From Candidatus Wolfebacteria bacterium GW2011_GWB1_47_1 (lineage in GTDB: Bacteria > Patescibacteriota > Minisyncoccia > UBA6257 > UBA9933), in contig CP011209.1 of the NCBI GenBank assembly GCA_001029635.1, positions 551,774 to 615,773 on the forward strand: a DNA stretch of 64,000 nucleotides, given 5' to 3'. The notes below the pieces were generated by a model. The model was given only the letters and a program-made list of their open reading frames with translations. It was not told the origin of the DNA and did not search any database. A program made the position numbers and the translations under genes. Below are positions 28,356-38,662 of the stretch, piece by piece (the first letter of the stretch is position 1; the number at the start of each line of letters is the position of its first letter).

Positions 28356-29042
28356 ATGAAAAGAATCGTTCTTATAAGTTTCACCGCAATTATTCTTATC
28401 GTAACATTCTTCTCGGGGATCTTTATTCCTAAGCGTGCATTTGTTGTCTCGGTTAATTTTGCGAAGCAATACTTGCGAACCGATTTCTACCAGGAAAACG
28501 TCCTCCTGAAGTTGCAAAACGAAAATCTGAAGGCGCAATTGCAGCGCGTGCAGGATGTTCCTGATGGTGGGGTAATATTCGATGAACATCGGTCTGATCG
28601 TATCGCGGCGAACGTCTTCTCTACATATCCGTTCAATATGAAGGATACAATCTCCGTCGATCGGGGATCGAGTGATGGTGTTGCCAATGCGATGGTTGCG
28701 ACGGTCGCGGATTCCATTCTGCTCGGGCAGGTGACCGGAGTACGTGAACATTCGTCGGTTGTGCGGACTATCTTTGATTCTCATTGGCAATTGCCGGTGC
28801 GGATCGGCCCAGATAATATTAATGGTCTTTTTGAAGGAGGGAATGATCCAAAGGTTGTCTTAGTCGAAAAGCAGATCAAGGTGGGTGATGGCGTCTTCTC
28901 TGCCGCGAAAGAATTTCCCATGGGGATCAAGATCGGGGAGATAAAGGAAATAAAGGAGGAAGCCGGAGGGATTTTTAAGGAGGCAACCATTCGAACTCCC
29001 TATAGTATCGGAGAAGTGCGGGCCATTTTTTTAGAACAATAA
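28356..29042 (+). CDS. mreC: rod shape-determining protein MreC
   Basis: N-terminal TM, coiled coil, beta-barrel domains; downstream of mreB. Confidence 0.75.
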   Translation: MKRIVLISFTAIILIVTFFSGIFIPKRAFVVSVNFAKQYLRTDFYQENVLLKLQNENLKAQLQRVQDVPDGGVIFDEHRSDRIAANVFSTYPFNMKDTISVDRGSSDGVANAMVATVADSILLGQVTGVREHSSVVRTIFDSHWQLPVRIGPDNINGLFEGGNDPKVVLVEKQIKVGDGVFSAAKEFPMGIKIGEIKEIKEEAGGIFKEATIRTPYSIGEVRAIFLEQ

Positions 29043-29068
29043 GGATGCTATTGTTCTGTAATGTTGCA

Positions 29069-29096
29069 TTGACAAGTATCCGTGTATTTTTATAAT
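29069..29096 (+). promoter_or_regulatory. sigma70-type promoter for grpE-dnaK (TTGACA-N16-TATAAT)
   Basis: TTGACAAGTATCCGTGTATTTTTATAAT. Confidence 0.6.
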
Positions 29097-29128
29097 CAAA
29101 ACAAAACTCTAGAAATAGTCACATTTGC

Positions 29129-29626
29129 ATGGAAGACACAACACAATATACAAACGGATCGGAGGATTCGAATAACCCTGTGGATAGTTCTCATACCGAC
29201 CAGCTTACTAAGGAGCGGGATGAATACCTCGATGGGTGGCAGCGTTCTCGTGCTGAATTGGTGAACTATAAAAAGGATGAAGCCAAGCGACTTGATGATA
29301 TGATGAAGCTCGCCAATGGTGCTCTTATCAGGGATCTGATTATGGTTATTGATAATTTCGAACTTGCCATCATGGCTATGGAGAAGCAGGGCAGCGTTGA
29401 AAAGGGAATTTATCTTATTAAGGCGCAGCTCGAAGATATCCTCAAGCAGTATGGACTCGAGAAGATGCCGATTACGGTTGGTGAACAATTTGATCCGACC
29501 AAACATGAAGCAGTCGCATCGATCGAATCGGAACTTTCCCCTGATTCCGTCGTTGAGGAAGTTGAGCGCGGCTATTATCTGCATGGCAAGCTTATCCGCC
29601 CCTCGCGCGTAAAGGTTGCGCGATGA
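29129..29626 (+). CDS. grpE: nucleotide exchange factor GrpE
   Basis: coiled-coil N-term + LIRDLIMVIDNFELA, four-helix bundle and beta-domain. Confidence 0.9.
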   Translation: MEDTTQYTNGSEDSNNPVDSSHTDQLTKERDEYLDGWQRSRAELVNYKKDEAKRLDDMMKLANGALIRDLIMVIDNFELAIMAMEKQGSVEKGIYLIKAQLEDILKQYGLEKMPITVGEQFDPTKHEAVASIESELSPDSVVEEVERGYYLHGKLIRPSRVKVAR

Positions 29627-29691
29627 TCGACGATCAACAACTTACGATAAAAATTCAAATAATTTTTCTAAAAAATATTTAATTAGTAATT

Positions 29692-31569
29692 ATGGCTAAA
29701 ATTCTTGGTATAGATTTAGGAACGACAAACTCCGCGATGGCCATCATTGAGGGTGGCGAACCGCGAGTATTGGAAAATCATGAAGGAAATAGAACAACTC
29801 CGTCGATCGTAGCGATCAGTAAGGCGAATGAACGGCTTGTTGGTTTATTGGCGAAGCGTCAAGGTGTTGTTAACCCGAAAAACACCATCTTTTCGGTAAA
29901 GCGTCTCATTGGGCGTAAGTTTACCGATCCGGAAGTGCAGCATGATAAGGCATGGTTGCCGTTTGAGATGCGCGCGTCGGAATCAGGTGGTGTCGAAGTA
30001 CAGATGGGGGATCGCTGGTACAAACCGGAAGAGATTTCCGCAATGATTCTCGCAAAATTAAAGGCTGACGCGGAAGCGAAGGTTGGAGAAACGATTAATG
30101 AAGTGGTCATTACCGTGCCTGCGTATTTTGACGATTCGCAGCGCCAGGCTACTAAAAACGCCGGTGAAATCGCGGGATTTACCGTGAAGCGTATTATTAA
30201 TGAACCGACGGCAGCAGCGCTCGCCTATGGCTTGAACAAGCAGAAAGCAGAAAAGATTGTAGTATATGATTTTGGTGGTGGAACGTTCGATGTGTCCGTG
30301 CTTGAGATCGGCGATGATGTTGTCGAAGTGTTGGCGACCGGCGGTGATACGCATTTGGGTGGCGATGACTTTGATAAGACGATCATCGAATATCTGGTAC
30401 AGGAATACAAAAAGCAGGATGGTATTGATCTTTCCGGAGATGCACTCGCATTGCAGCGCTTGAAGGAGGTTGCCGAGCGTGCAAAACATGAATTATCTAC
30501 CGCGTTCGAGACGGAAATCAATATTCCGTATATCACATCGGATGCATCGGGACCACGGCATTTTCTCATGAAGATGACCCGTGCAAAGCTCGAAGAACTC
30601 GTTGGTCCGCATATCGAGAAGTCTATCTCGATCGTACAAAAGATCGTCAAGGATGCTGGATTGCAGATCGGGGACATTAATGAAGTAGTCCTTGTCGGAG
30701 GGCAGATTCGAATGCCGAAGATCCATGAAGCGGTAAAGAACCTGTTTGGGAAAGAACCTCATAAGGGTATTAATCCGGATGAAGTTGTTGCGATCGGTGC
30801 CGCCGTGCAGGCGGGCATCTTCCAAGGCGATGTTAAGGACGTACTTTTGCTTGACGTCACGCCACTTTCGTTCGGAATCGAAACGATGGGCGGCGTGTTT
30901 ACTCCGTTGATCGAAAAGAACACGACTATCCCGACGCAGAAATCTCAGGTTTTTTCGACCGCTGCGGATAATCAGACTTCCGTTGAAATCCATATCCTGC
31001 AGGGTGAGCGCCCTATGGCATCTGATAACAAGACACTCGGCAAATTTATGCTTGATGGTATCCCGCCGGCACCGCGCGGCATTCCGCAGGTTGAGGTTTC
31101 TCTTGATATTGATGCGAATGGCATCCTGAACGTATCGGCCAAGGATAAGGCGACCGGCAAGGTGCAGTCCGTCCGCATCGAGGCGTCAACACAGCTATCC
31201 AAAGAAGAGATAGAAACGTTAAAGCAGGAGGCGGCCGTGCATGCTGAAGAAGATGCAAAAAAACGTCTTTTGATCGAAGCGCGTAACCATGCCGAACAAC
31301 TTGTTTATACTGCGGAAAAATCCCTCAAGGATGCGGGCGATAAGATCGGTGATGATATCAAAAGGTCAGTACAGGAGGCGATTGATGCGTTAAAGACTGT
31401 TAACAATAGCGATGACGCGGAAGCCATTGCGGCGAAAACTGAAGTGCTTTCGACCGAACTTCAAAAAATAGGTTCTGCGATGTATAATCAAGGAGATGCA
31501 TCATCACAGCCGAACGCGGCTGATGATACTCCTAACGAAGGAGAACCAACCACCAATGAATCCAATTGA
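29692..31569 (+). CDS. dnaK: molecular chaperone DnaK (Hsp70)
   Basis: [34 protein letters not shown] signatures. Confidence 0.98.
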   Translation: MAKILGIDLGTTNSAMAIIEGGEPRVLENHEGNRTTPSIVAISKANERLVGLLAKRQGVVNPKNTIFSVKRLIGRKFTDPEVQHDKAWLPFEMRASESGGVEVQMGDRWYKPEEISAMILAKLKADAEAKVGETINEVVITVPAYFDDSQRQATKNAGEIAGFTVKRIINEPTAAALAYGLNKQKAEKIVVYDFGGGTFDVSVLEIGDDVVEVLATGGDTHLGGDDFDKTIIEYLVQEYKKQDGIDLSGDALALQRLKEVAERAKHELSTAFETEINIPYITSDASGPRHFLMKMTRAKLEELVGPHIEKSISIVQKIVKDAGLQIGDINEVVLVGGQIRMPKIHEAVKNLFGKEPHKGINPDEVVAIGAAVQAGIFQGDVKDVLLLDVTPLSFGIETMGGVFTPLIEKNTTIPTQKSQVFSTAADNQTSVEIHILQGERPMASDNKTLGKFMLDGIPPAPRGIPQVEVSLDIDANGILNVSAKDKATGKVQSVRIEASTQLSKEEIETLKQEAAVHAEEDAKKRLLIEARNHAEQLVYTAEKSLKDAGDKIGDDIKRSVQEAIDALKTVNNSDDAEAIAAKTEVLSTELQKIGSAMYNQGDASSQPNAADDTPNEGEPTTNESN

Positions 31570-32542
31570 TGTAAACAGGAATGTCGATATGATCGGCATA
31601 AAGGGATTGATAAAGATCGGGGCGCTTACATTTGTAGGCGTCCTTTTCGCACTTGGCTTTAGCTGGTTCTTTCGCTCTTTTTTGTTAGGGAGCGAATGGG
31701 GGCAACTCATCTGGAGCATGGCCTGCGCGATCGGCTATTTGGTTGTCTTCACCCTGCAAACATTCTTTATTCGCGCAAACACGCATTTTGCAGTCGCGTT
31801 TCTTTTGCAATGCATTGCCTTACTCGGATTCTTCATTACAATCACTACGCCCGTTATGATACTGTTTGCCGTGGTTTATGCATTACTTCTGAGTGCAAGC
31901 TTTGGCGGAAGGAAGATTTTGGAGAACACGCTTAAAATAGATTTTTGGAACATCAGCAAATTGATCGTACCTAAGGGGATCATCGCGTTGACACTTTTAA
32001 TCAGCGTATTTATTCCATTACATTTACAGGCGAACAAGGATGTGCTTCCGCTTTCAATAGCCACGTTCGACAAAGTCCTTGTCTCGAGTAATGTTTTTGT
32101 TAAGCGATTCTATCAGGATTATGATCCATCGAAGAGTGTCGAAGAAATCGCTCGAACTACGACGGAGCAGCAACTTGCCGCAATCCCACAGGCACAAAAT
32201 CTCAAACCGGTAGAGCGTGAGATTTTGATCAAGCGGGCCATGAACGATTTCTACGAGCAGATCTTCAGCTATACGGGCGTTACGATTAATCCTAAAGACC
32301 CATTTTCCAAAGCGGCCTATGGCATCCTAGAGGAGAAGTTTAACGGATTGAAGGACGAGGCAAAGCTATGGATCTATATCATATTTGGGAGTATCATCTT
32401 TATTTCGATCGCCAGTATCATGCTCCCGATCCGGATACTTGTCGGATTGCTTGCCTTCTTCTTTTATGAAACACTGCTTGCACTTGGGTTCGCGCATGTT
32501 ACGATAGAGAGTAGGCCTAAGGAGACAATTATATTAGACTGA
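31556..32542 (+). CDS. hypothetical polytopic membrane protein (328 aa) inserted between dnaK and dnaJ
   Basis: GAAGGAG SD; ATG 31556 overlaps the dnaK stop by 14 nt; multiple TM helices. Confidence 0.5.
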   Translation: MNPIDVNRNVDMIGIKGLIKIGALTFVGVLFALGFSWFFRSFLLGSEWGQLIWSMACAIGYLVVFTLQTFFIRANTHFAVAFLLQCIALLGFFITITTPVMILFAVVYALLLSASFGGRKILENTLKIDFWNISKLIVPKGIIALTLLISVFIPLHLQANKDVLPLSIATFDKVLVSSNVFVKRFYQDYDPSKSVEEIARTTTEQQLAAIPQAQNLKPVEREILIKRAMNDFYEQIFSYTGVTINPKDPFSKAAYGILEEKFNGLKDEAKLWIYIIFGSIIFISIASIMLPIRILVGLLAFFFYETLLALGFAHVTIESRPKETIILD

Positions 32543-32545
32543 GTC

Positions 32546-32672
32546 AAAAAAACGAATAGGGACGGCGATTTACTGTATTGTGGGGTCCTATCAGCTTGGT
32601 CGGCGTATACGTAATACGACTCCCTCGCTGATTTTCCCACGCCTTGCAACTCATCCGTCCCCATTCGTTTTT
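32546..32672 (+). ncRNA. copy B of the conserved structured intergenic element
   Basis: outer stem AAAAACGAATAGGGACGG/CCGTCCCCATTCGTTTTT (one A:C mismatch); core GTATTGTGGGGTCC..GCTTGGTCGG-[hairpin]-CTCCCTCGCTGATTTTCCCACG. Confidence 0.55.
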
Positions 32673-32691
32673 ATTAGTAACGTATTATATT

Positions 32692-33801
32692 ATGAGTAAC
32701 GATTATTACAAAATTTTGGGCGTTGAAAAGGGCGCTTCCGATGACGATATCAAGAAGGCATATCGAAAACTCGCCCATCAATTTCATCCCGACAAAAAGG
32801 GCGGAGATGAGCAAAAGTTCAAGGAAATCAACGAGGCGTATCAGACCTTATCCAATAAAGATAAGCGTGCGCAGTATGATCGTTTCGGCAAGTCGTTTGA
32901 TGGGGGTGCGGGAGGGTCTGGTGGCTTTGGTGGCTTTAACCAGGGAGGTTTTGGGTTTGATTTTCAGGGTGGTGATTTTGGCGACCTGGGTGATATCTTC
33001 GAGGCTTTTTTTGAAGGCATGGGCGGACAGCAAAAGCGCCGTACGTATGCGCATGGGGCTGACATGGAGATGACGCAGGAGATTACACTTGAAGAGGCAT
33101 ACAAGGGGATCGAAAAAACGATCACTTACGCGCTTAATGTGCAGTGCGCTACTTGTAGCGGCCTTGGACATGATGCAAAGGCAACTTTTTCGCAGTGTAA
33201 GAAGTGTGACGGACGTGGCGAGGTCCGCGAGACACGCAGTACTTTTTTTGGTAATTTTGCCCAGGTGCGAACCTGCGCCGACTGTCATGGTGTTGGACAG
33301 ATACCCGACAAACGCTGTGTGTCCTGTGGCGGCACGGGTGTAACCAAGGGTAAAAAATCGATTACCGTCAAGATATTGCCGGGAGTTGGCGATGGTCAGA
33401 TTATTAAAATGACCGGCGGTGGGGAGGCTGGACAGCGAGGTTCCCAGGAGGGCGATCTTTATTTACATATTCGGGTCAAGCCGCACGCAACCTTTGTGCG
33501 TCAGGATGATCATCTCATCCTTGAGAAAGAAGTTACCCTAGTGGGGCTTCTTGCCTATTTTGCCGATGCCGATGCGCATCCGATATTCGCTCCGACCATT
33601 GCGGGCAAGCAGCAGAATCTTGCCATCCCGCGCGATTTCATGTTCAATAAGCCGCTAAAGATCGCAGGCGAGGGTATGCCGCATTTTAACCGTATGGGGA
33701 GAGGCGATCTGTATGTGCATTTTAAAATCGCCACGCCGCATAAGCTGAGTAAGGAGGCAAAGCGTCTGGTTAAGGAACTTATGCAGGATCTCGAGGCATA
33801 A
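32692..33801 (+). CDS. dnaJ: molecular chaperone DnaJ
   Basis: J-domain YYKILGV...HPDK, G/F-rich region, four CxxCxGxG zinc-finger repeats. Confidence 0.95.
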   Translation: MSNDYYKILGVEKGASDDDIKKAYRKLAHQFHPDKKGGDEQKFKEINEAYQTLSNKDKRAQYDRFGKSFDGGAGGSGGFGGFNQGGFGFDFQGGDFGDLGDIFEAFFEGMGGQQKRRTYAHGADMEMTQEITLEEAYKGIEKTITYALNVQCATCSGLGHDAKATFSQCKKCDGRGEVRETRSTFFGNFAQVRTCADCHGVGQIPDKRCVSCGGTGVTKGKKSITVKILPGVGDGQIIKMTGGGEAGQRGSQEGDLYLHIRVKPHATFVRQDDHLILEKEVTLVGLLAYFADADAHPIFAPTIAGKQQNLAIPRDFMFNKPLKIAGEGMPHFNRMGRGDLYVHFKIATPHKLSKEAKRLVKELMQDLEA

Positions 33802-33827
33802 CGTATTCGAATCGCACTGACCTTCGT

Positions 33828-34286
33828 ATGAGAAAGGAAACACTCAGATTTATCGTCTTTATCGCAATTCTTTTTATTGCAAGCACTTTGCAGTTTTTGA
33901 GTGTATCTATTTTTGGGATCATTCCCAATTTTGTACTGGCTACGATCGTTGCCGCAACCTTGTTTCTGGGAGATGTTTGGCATGAACTTTTTTTAATCTC
34001 CGTTGCCCTATTTCTTTTGAAGTTTTCTCCTGTCATCGAGCGTGAAATGCTTGCGCTGTTTGCCGTGATGCTTCTCGTGATTGTTCTTGAGCGACGACTG
34101 CCATGGCATATGTTTATCAATGGGATTTTTTTGACGGTCTTTTCCGTCGCATCACTCTATATACTCATAGATGTTCGCTCGATTACCTCACTTATGTTCG
34201 CGCAGGAATTGGTGTATACTTTAGTATTAGTGTCAGTCATATATTATGGGCTCACTTCATTGCGCCTGTTTCGCAATACACGCTGA
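33828..34286 (+). CDS. hypothetical 4-5 TM membrane protein (152 aa)
   Basis: hydrophobic ORF immediately after dnaJ. Confidence 0.4.
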   Translation: MRKETLRFIVFIAILFIASTLQFLSVSIFGIIPNFVLATIVAATLFLGDVWHELFLISVALFLLKFSPVIEREMLALFAVMLLVIVLERRLPWHMFINGIFLTVFSVASLYILIDVRSITSLMFAQELVYTLVLVSVIYYGLTSLRLFRNTR

Positions 34287-34299
34287 CTTATCATCTGAT

Positions 34300-34965
34300 A
34301 TGGAAACCCAATATCACGAACTTACCGATGCATTGATTCAGGACGGCTACCTCAAGACAGGCGAGATTATTGAGGCATTTGAGCAGATCGATCGCGCTGA
34401 TTTTGTCCCCGAGGATCAGCGGGAATACGCATACGCCAATACACCATTGTCTATTGGTTTTAATCAAACCATTTCGCAGCCACTTTCCGTGGCTTTTATG
34501 CTTGAATTACTGGAAGTAAAACCGGGAGAGCGAGTTCTTGATATCGGTTCGGGTACCGGATGGCAGGCTGCCATTCTTGCTCAGATTGTCGGTAAAAAAA
34601 CGTCTGAAGGAGACGATGGAGAAGCATCGCGTGGTTCGGTTGTTGCCGTGGAACGGATTCCTGAACTGAAGACTGCATCCGAAGCAAGCCTTGATCGATA
34701 TGGATTCATCGGGCAGGGAGTTGTGACTGTTGTATTGGGTGATGGGACTAAAGGATATAAAAAATCTGCCCCTTACGATAAGATCATTGCCGCTGCGAGT
34801 TCCGAGGGCGATGTTCCAGTCGCATGGAAGCGTCAGCTTAAGATCGGTGGACGCATCGTTGCCCCTGTTGGCAGTAGTATCGTCGTCATCGATAAGATCT
34901 CAAAAACAAAATATACAAAGAAAGAACATTTTGGATTCAGCTTCTCACCGCTAACCGTTTCCTGA
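34300..34965 (+). CDS. pcm: protein-L-isoaspartate O-methyltransferase
   Basis: TISQPLSVAFMLELLEV..GERVLDIGSGTGWQAAILA SAM-binding motif. Confidence 0.85.
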   Translation: METQYHELTDALIQDGYLKTGEIIEAFEQIDRADFVPEDQREYAYANTPLSIGFNQTISQPLSVAFMLELLEVKPGERVLDIGSGTGWQAAILAQIVGKKTSEGDDGEASRGSVVAVERIPELKTASEASLDRYGFIGQGVVTVVLGDGTKGYKKSAPYDKIIAAASSEGDVPVAWKRQLKIGGRIVAPVGSSIVVIDKISKTKYTKKEHFGFSFSPLTVS

Positions 34966-34989
34966 TTATATTTACACTCGTCAATCGCC

Positions 34990-37900
34990 ATGGAAAAAAA
35001 GAACCTCTCACCAAAATCACATCTTGAATTATTGATTCCCGATAAGAAGCATAAAAAGCAGAAGGAAGATGCTGTTCCGCATGGATTCACCGAGGAAGAT
35101 ATTATCCGCAATGAAGCATGGCATGGCAAAAATCCTGCAACTCAGGGAGCCGAGCTACCAAAGCATCGCGCAACGGTGTATTCGTTTGAAGAGACCCGTA
35201 TCCGAAAGACGGCAAATGAATCGCACAATTCTCAAGGGACTGAAGGAGGTGAGCAACGACTACTACAAGAAGAACGGACGATGACCACAGTCGAGCTTCG
35301 CGAGGCGCGTGAAGGCGAGGAGCAACAGATCAAAGAGATTGCTCAACGTGTTTTTGAAGGACGCATGCGGGGTGATGCCACGGAAACGATCGATGCGATG
35401 TTGGCCGAAAAGGGTATCAAGCCGTGGTCTCCCGAGGCTGAGGAGTTCATGCGTAAATGGGATTGGGAGCAGGCCGAAAAGGCGTTTGCCGAACTTGCCC
35501 GTAATCGAGAAGAAGCCGTGCTTGCAGTCAATGAGCCTGAACCCAAAAAGCATATCGAGTTACAGGAATACCAGGAAAAATATGTTGACGGGAAATTTGA
35601 AGCATTCAATATCAACCTGAAAAAGCTTCCGCAGGAGCTTAAGGATGAATTCGAAACGTTGACGTATGGACAGCGGCTATTGTTGGCGGAGAATCTCCAG
35701 CAGCTAACACTTGGACGTATTCAAGAGGAAGCGCAGGATCGGTATCAGAAAGCGATTTTGGAAGCGACATTGTTAACGTCAAAATTATTGGGAAGGGTTT
35801 GGCAGGGTGTCAGTAAGAAGTACCAGATCGCGAAGCATGAGCAGTCGACTGCCCTTGATATCAAACAAGGAGGATTAGCATATCATGGTGAATTACTTAA
35901 ACAGCTTATCGACGGAACAAAGCGTACCGGGCTCGATGCGGTTGAAGGGAAGGGTGGCATGTTGGAGCTTCAATACGTTGAGCCACATCCGTTGATGACC
36001 GAGCGTCAAAAGGAGGAGACGAAGGAATTTAATCGGGTTGCGACTCTGTACGGTAAGATTCCCTATGAATGGTCCCTTGCAACGGCAACTTCTTTGCAGA
36101 AGCAAGAATATGAACGGGTTGCCGGGCAGTTTGAAAAGGCAAAAGAACATATTCTAAGAACTGAGCAGGGAATCATTGGCGATGAGCAGACACTTTTGTT
36201 TGTTGCCGACATGGAACATAAAATTCGTTTGAATCAGTTTTTAAACACGCATCCTGACGCGGAGAAGCAGATTGCATCGATCGAATCGGATACGCTATGG
36301 AAGAAGGTGATTGGGAATGTTGCTACCGAGCGAGGAATTTATTTTGGTGCCGGTGTTGCGGCCCGAACATCTGCGATCGGATTGTTTGGCGCGGTTGGTC
36401 TTCCGCTTGCGGCCGTTGGTATGGGGGGCTGGATGGCGCGAAAGCGTGCGGCTGAAATGTTGCGCGACCGCGAACAGGCGGCACGCAAAGGGAAAAGGGA
36501 TATTTCGCGAGACACCAGGACGGTTATGGGAACTGCCAGTACTATGGCGGACAAGATCGATACATTGTTAAAAAAGATCGAGAGCGAAAGTAATGAAGAA
36601 AAACGTGCACAGCTTGTTGCGCTGCTTGATGTCCGATTAATGCATACGGAAGGCAAGGTACGAAAAGGAGCGGTCGACTTTGGTGGACGGGATCATCGTA
36701 TCATCAACCAATATCATTTGAGTGATGCGCTTACCCGAGCGAGTGCGTTTTTGTCTGTCCGCGATGCCGAACTTGGTACTACTCCGGAAACATTTAAGAA
36801 AGATATCGAGCAAGCATTACGCGTCATTGCTCAATCAAAAAATGAAAAGATCTCCCAGGCACAGAAGGATTATTTACGCAAGCAAATGATCTATGGTGCG
36901 GGGTTGGGTATTGGATTCTTTTCTGCCGGCCGGTATGCGCAAGAAATTGTCCATGCCGCCGGTGATCTGGTCAGCCCGTCTGAGGCTCACGCCAGTGCGG
37001 GCGCAGGAGCTTCGCAGTGGGAAGTTCTCGCGCATCAGAAAAATACCCCAGCTGTTTTCGGTGGTCAGGATGCGTTACGTACTACTGCACTTAAAAATAT
37101 CAATGAGATTGCCATCGCAGGGGTACACGAGCGTGGTCCTATCGTATTGGATATTGGTACGCGCGGGCCCGAAGGTGCGTTTATTGATGAGCTGAAGAAA
37201 CATCCGGAAATTGTCGAGCGATTGGGAATTAAAGATATTGGCGGTGAGGCTCATGATGCGTGGACGGAATTCGCAAAGCAGCAATTAAGCAATCCAGATA
37301 CACTCGAACAATTAAAGAAGTTGGGTTATTCGGCGGACGAAAAAGGATACGCCGACATGATGCATCGGATCGCAAAGGGCAAGATTCTCCTCGAAGAGCG
37401 CGATGGAAAACTGCTTATGCATATGGATGAGCATACGGAATATCTCAAGTCACGGCCCAAAGGGACGATGCTTAAAGAAGTTATTGCTCCTCGAGAAGCA
37501 GTGCCGGCTGATATCCCGAACGAGCCACAGATCCTTGACGAGCTTCTTTCTGCCAGTACGCAGACGATCCCGATGTCCGAAGAACATATTGCCTCCGAGA
37601 ACATTGTGGAAGAAATTCCTAATCCACAGGAGGATGCGGCTGAAACGATCCGGAGGCAGCCGAGCGAGGGGATTCTTTCATTGTTAGGCAGTACCCCGCG
37701 TCCATCTGTCGAGGTGTTTGTCGATGGACAATTCGGTTTAGATGGTGCGGAATATGGCGCGATCAAGAGAGTAAAAGTAGAGACGTTACTAAAGCAAATC
37801 CCTTCGCGTGACGAAGCGTGGGCGATCTGGAGGGGCGATGTTCCGGGTAAAGAGATAACGCTTCCGCATGATGGGATCTATGGCGCGGTTGAGTTCAAAA

Positions 37901-38526
37901 AGCATATTGATCTTGCAGAGCATATTCGGGGGTTGCATCCCGACGATGCCGAAATGCAAGGGGATGTAGATGCATTTATGAAGGCTGCAATTCGCAATAC
38001 ATCACCTAATGAACCCGAACAAGTACTTGAAGCGCGCGAAGTTATCGGGGATACGCTTCCGGTATCCGAAGTGACTAAAGAAGGAGGCATACTGCCTGAT
38101 TCATCATATGTGGATGTTATGCCTGAAGCGATCTCTGTAGCTAAGCCGATTGGTGTGGAGGATATACCGACCGTACCTCAGGTACTGGAAGATGTTTCGA
38201 CCGAACCACAGCCTATGGACGCCATTCCGGGTGTTGAAAAAATGATCGATTCGAATCGATTGGCATTACTCGAAGACGATATTTATAACAGCAAGATGCC
38301 GGTGCAAAAGATTATTACGCATTACAAGGTGGGGAATATTACTGCGGAAGACCTGCAAAATTTCTATAGTCAAAAAGTTGCGGGTGGGGCAAAGTCATCC
38401 CCGGAACTTATCGATGGTATGCGAACCACAATGCGGCATGCCGCAGGAGAGGGAACTCCTCAACAGCAGCTTATGGCAAAACGCACGCTTGAATTAATTA
38501 TTAGGCGCTTACAAGGTATTACATAA
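34990..38526 (+). CDS. giant acidic hypothetical protein (1178 aa) with central TM segments, no recognizable domains
   Basis: single uninterrupted ORF; E/K-rich coiled-coil-like N-terminal third; hydrophobic segments near aa 470-500 and 640-660. Confidence 0.7.
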   Translation: MEKKNLSPKSHLELLIPDKKHKKQKEDAVPHGFTEEDIIRNEAWHGKNPATQGAELPKHRATVYSFEETRIRKTANESHNSQGTEGGEQRLLQEERTMTTVELREAREGEEQQIKEIAQRVFEGRMRGDATETIDAMLAEKGIKPWSPEAEEFMRKWDWEQAEKAFAELARNREEAVLAVNEPEPKKHIELQEYQEKYVDGKFEAFNINLKKLPQELKDEFETLTYGQRLLLAENLQQLTLGRIQEEAQDRYQKAILEATLLTSKLLGRVWQGVSKKYQIAKHEQSTALDIKQGGLAYHGELLKQLIDGTKRTGLDAVEGKGGMLELQYVEPHPLMTERQKEETKEFNRVATLYGKIPYEWSLATATSLQKQEYERVAGQFEKAKEHILRTEQGIIGDEQTLLFVADMEHKIRLNQFLNTHPDAEKQIASIESDTLWKKVIGNVATERGIYFGAGVAARTSAIGLFGAVGLPLAAVGMGGWMARKRAAEMLRDREQAARKGKRDISRDTRTVMGTASTMADKIDTLLKKIESESNEEKRAQLVALLDVRLMHTEGKVRKGAVDFGGRDHRIINQYHLSDALTRASAFLSVRDAELGTTPETFKKDIEQALRVIAQSKNEKISQAQKDYLRKQMIYGAGLGIGFFSAGRYAQEIVHAAGDLVSPSEAHASAGAGASQWEVLAHQKNTPAVFGGQDALRTTALKNINEIAIAGVHERGPIVLDIGTRGPEGAFIDELKKHPEIVERLGIKDIGGEAHDAWTEFAKQQLSNPDTLEQLKKLGYSADEKGYADMMHRIAKGKILLEERDGKLLMHMDEHTEYLKSRPKGTMLKEVIAPREAVPADIPNEPQILDELLSASTQTIPMSEEHIASENIVEEIPNPQEDAAETIRRQPSEGILSLLGSTPRPSVEVFVDGQFGLDGAEYGAIKRVKVETLLKQIPSRDEAWAIWRGDVPGKEITLPHDGIYGAVEFKKHIDLAEHIRGLHPDDAEMQGDVDAFMKAAIRNTSPNEPEQVLEAREVIGDTLPVSEVTKEGGILPDSSYVDVMPEAISVAKPIGVEDIPTVPQVLEDVSTEPQPMDAIPGVEKMIDSNRLALLEDDIYNSKMPVQKIITHYKVGNITAEDLQNFYSQKVAGGAKSSPELIDGMRTTMRHAAGEGTPQQQLMAKRTLELIIRRLQGIT

Positions 38527-38534
38527 ACCTTAAA

Positions 38535-38572
38535 AAGGAGTCCGTCTGGTTGACGAGCTCCTTTTTATTTTT
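38535..38572 (+). terminator. hairpin + T-run terminator
   Basis: GGAGTCCGTCTGGTTGACGAGCTCC then TTTTTATTTTT. Confidence 0.5.
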
Positions 38573-38662
38573 CTTGACATATTTATAAAAATATGTTAAA
38601 TAATACGAGGTACTTCACAAGAATTATTCAACCAATTAACTAACGGAATATAGGGGGCTCAG

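Noticed and set aside
31496-31555. Upstream extension of the membrane-protein gene overlapping dnaK (MHHHSRTRL...)
   Set aside because: The extension lies inside the dnaK coding frame. A GAAGGAG SD correctly spaced before ATG 31556 supports the shorter start.
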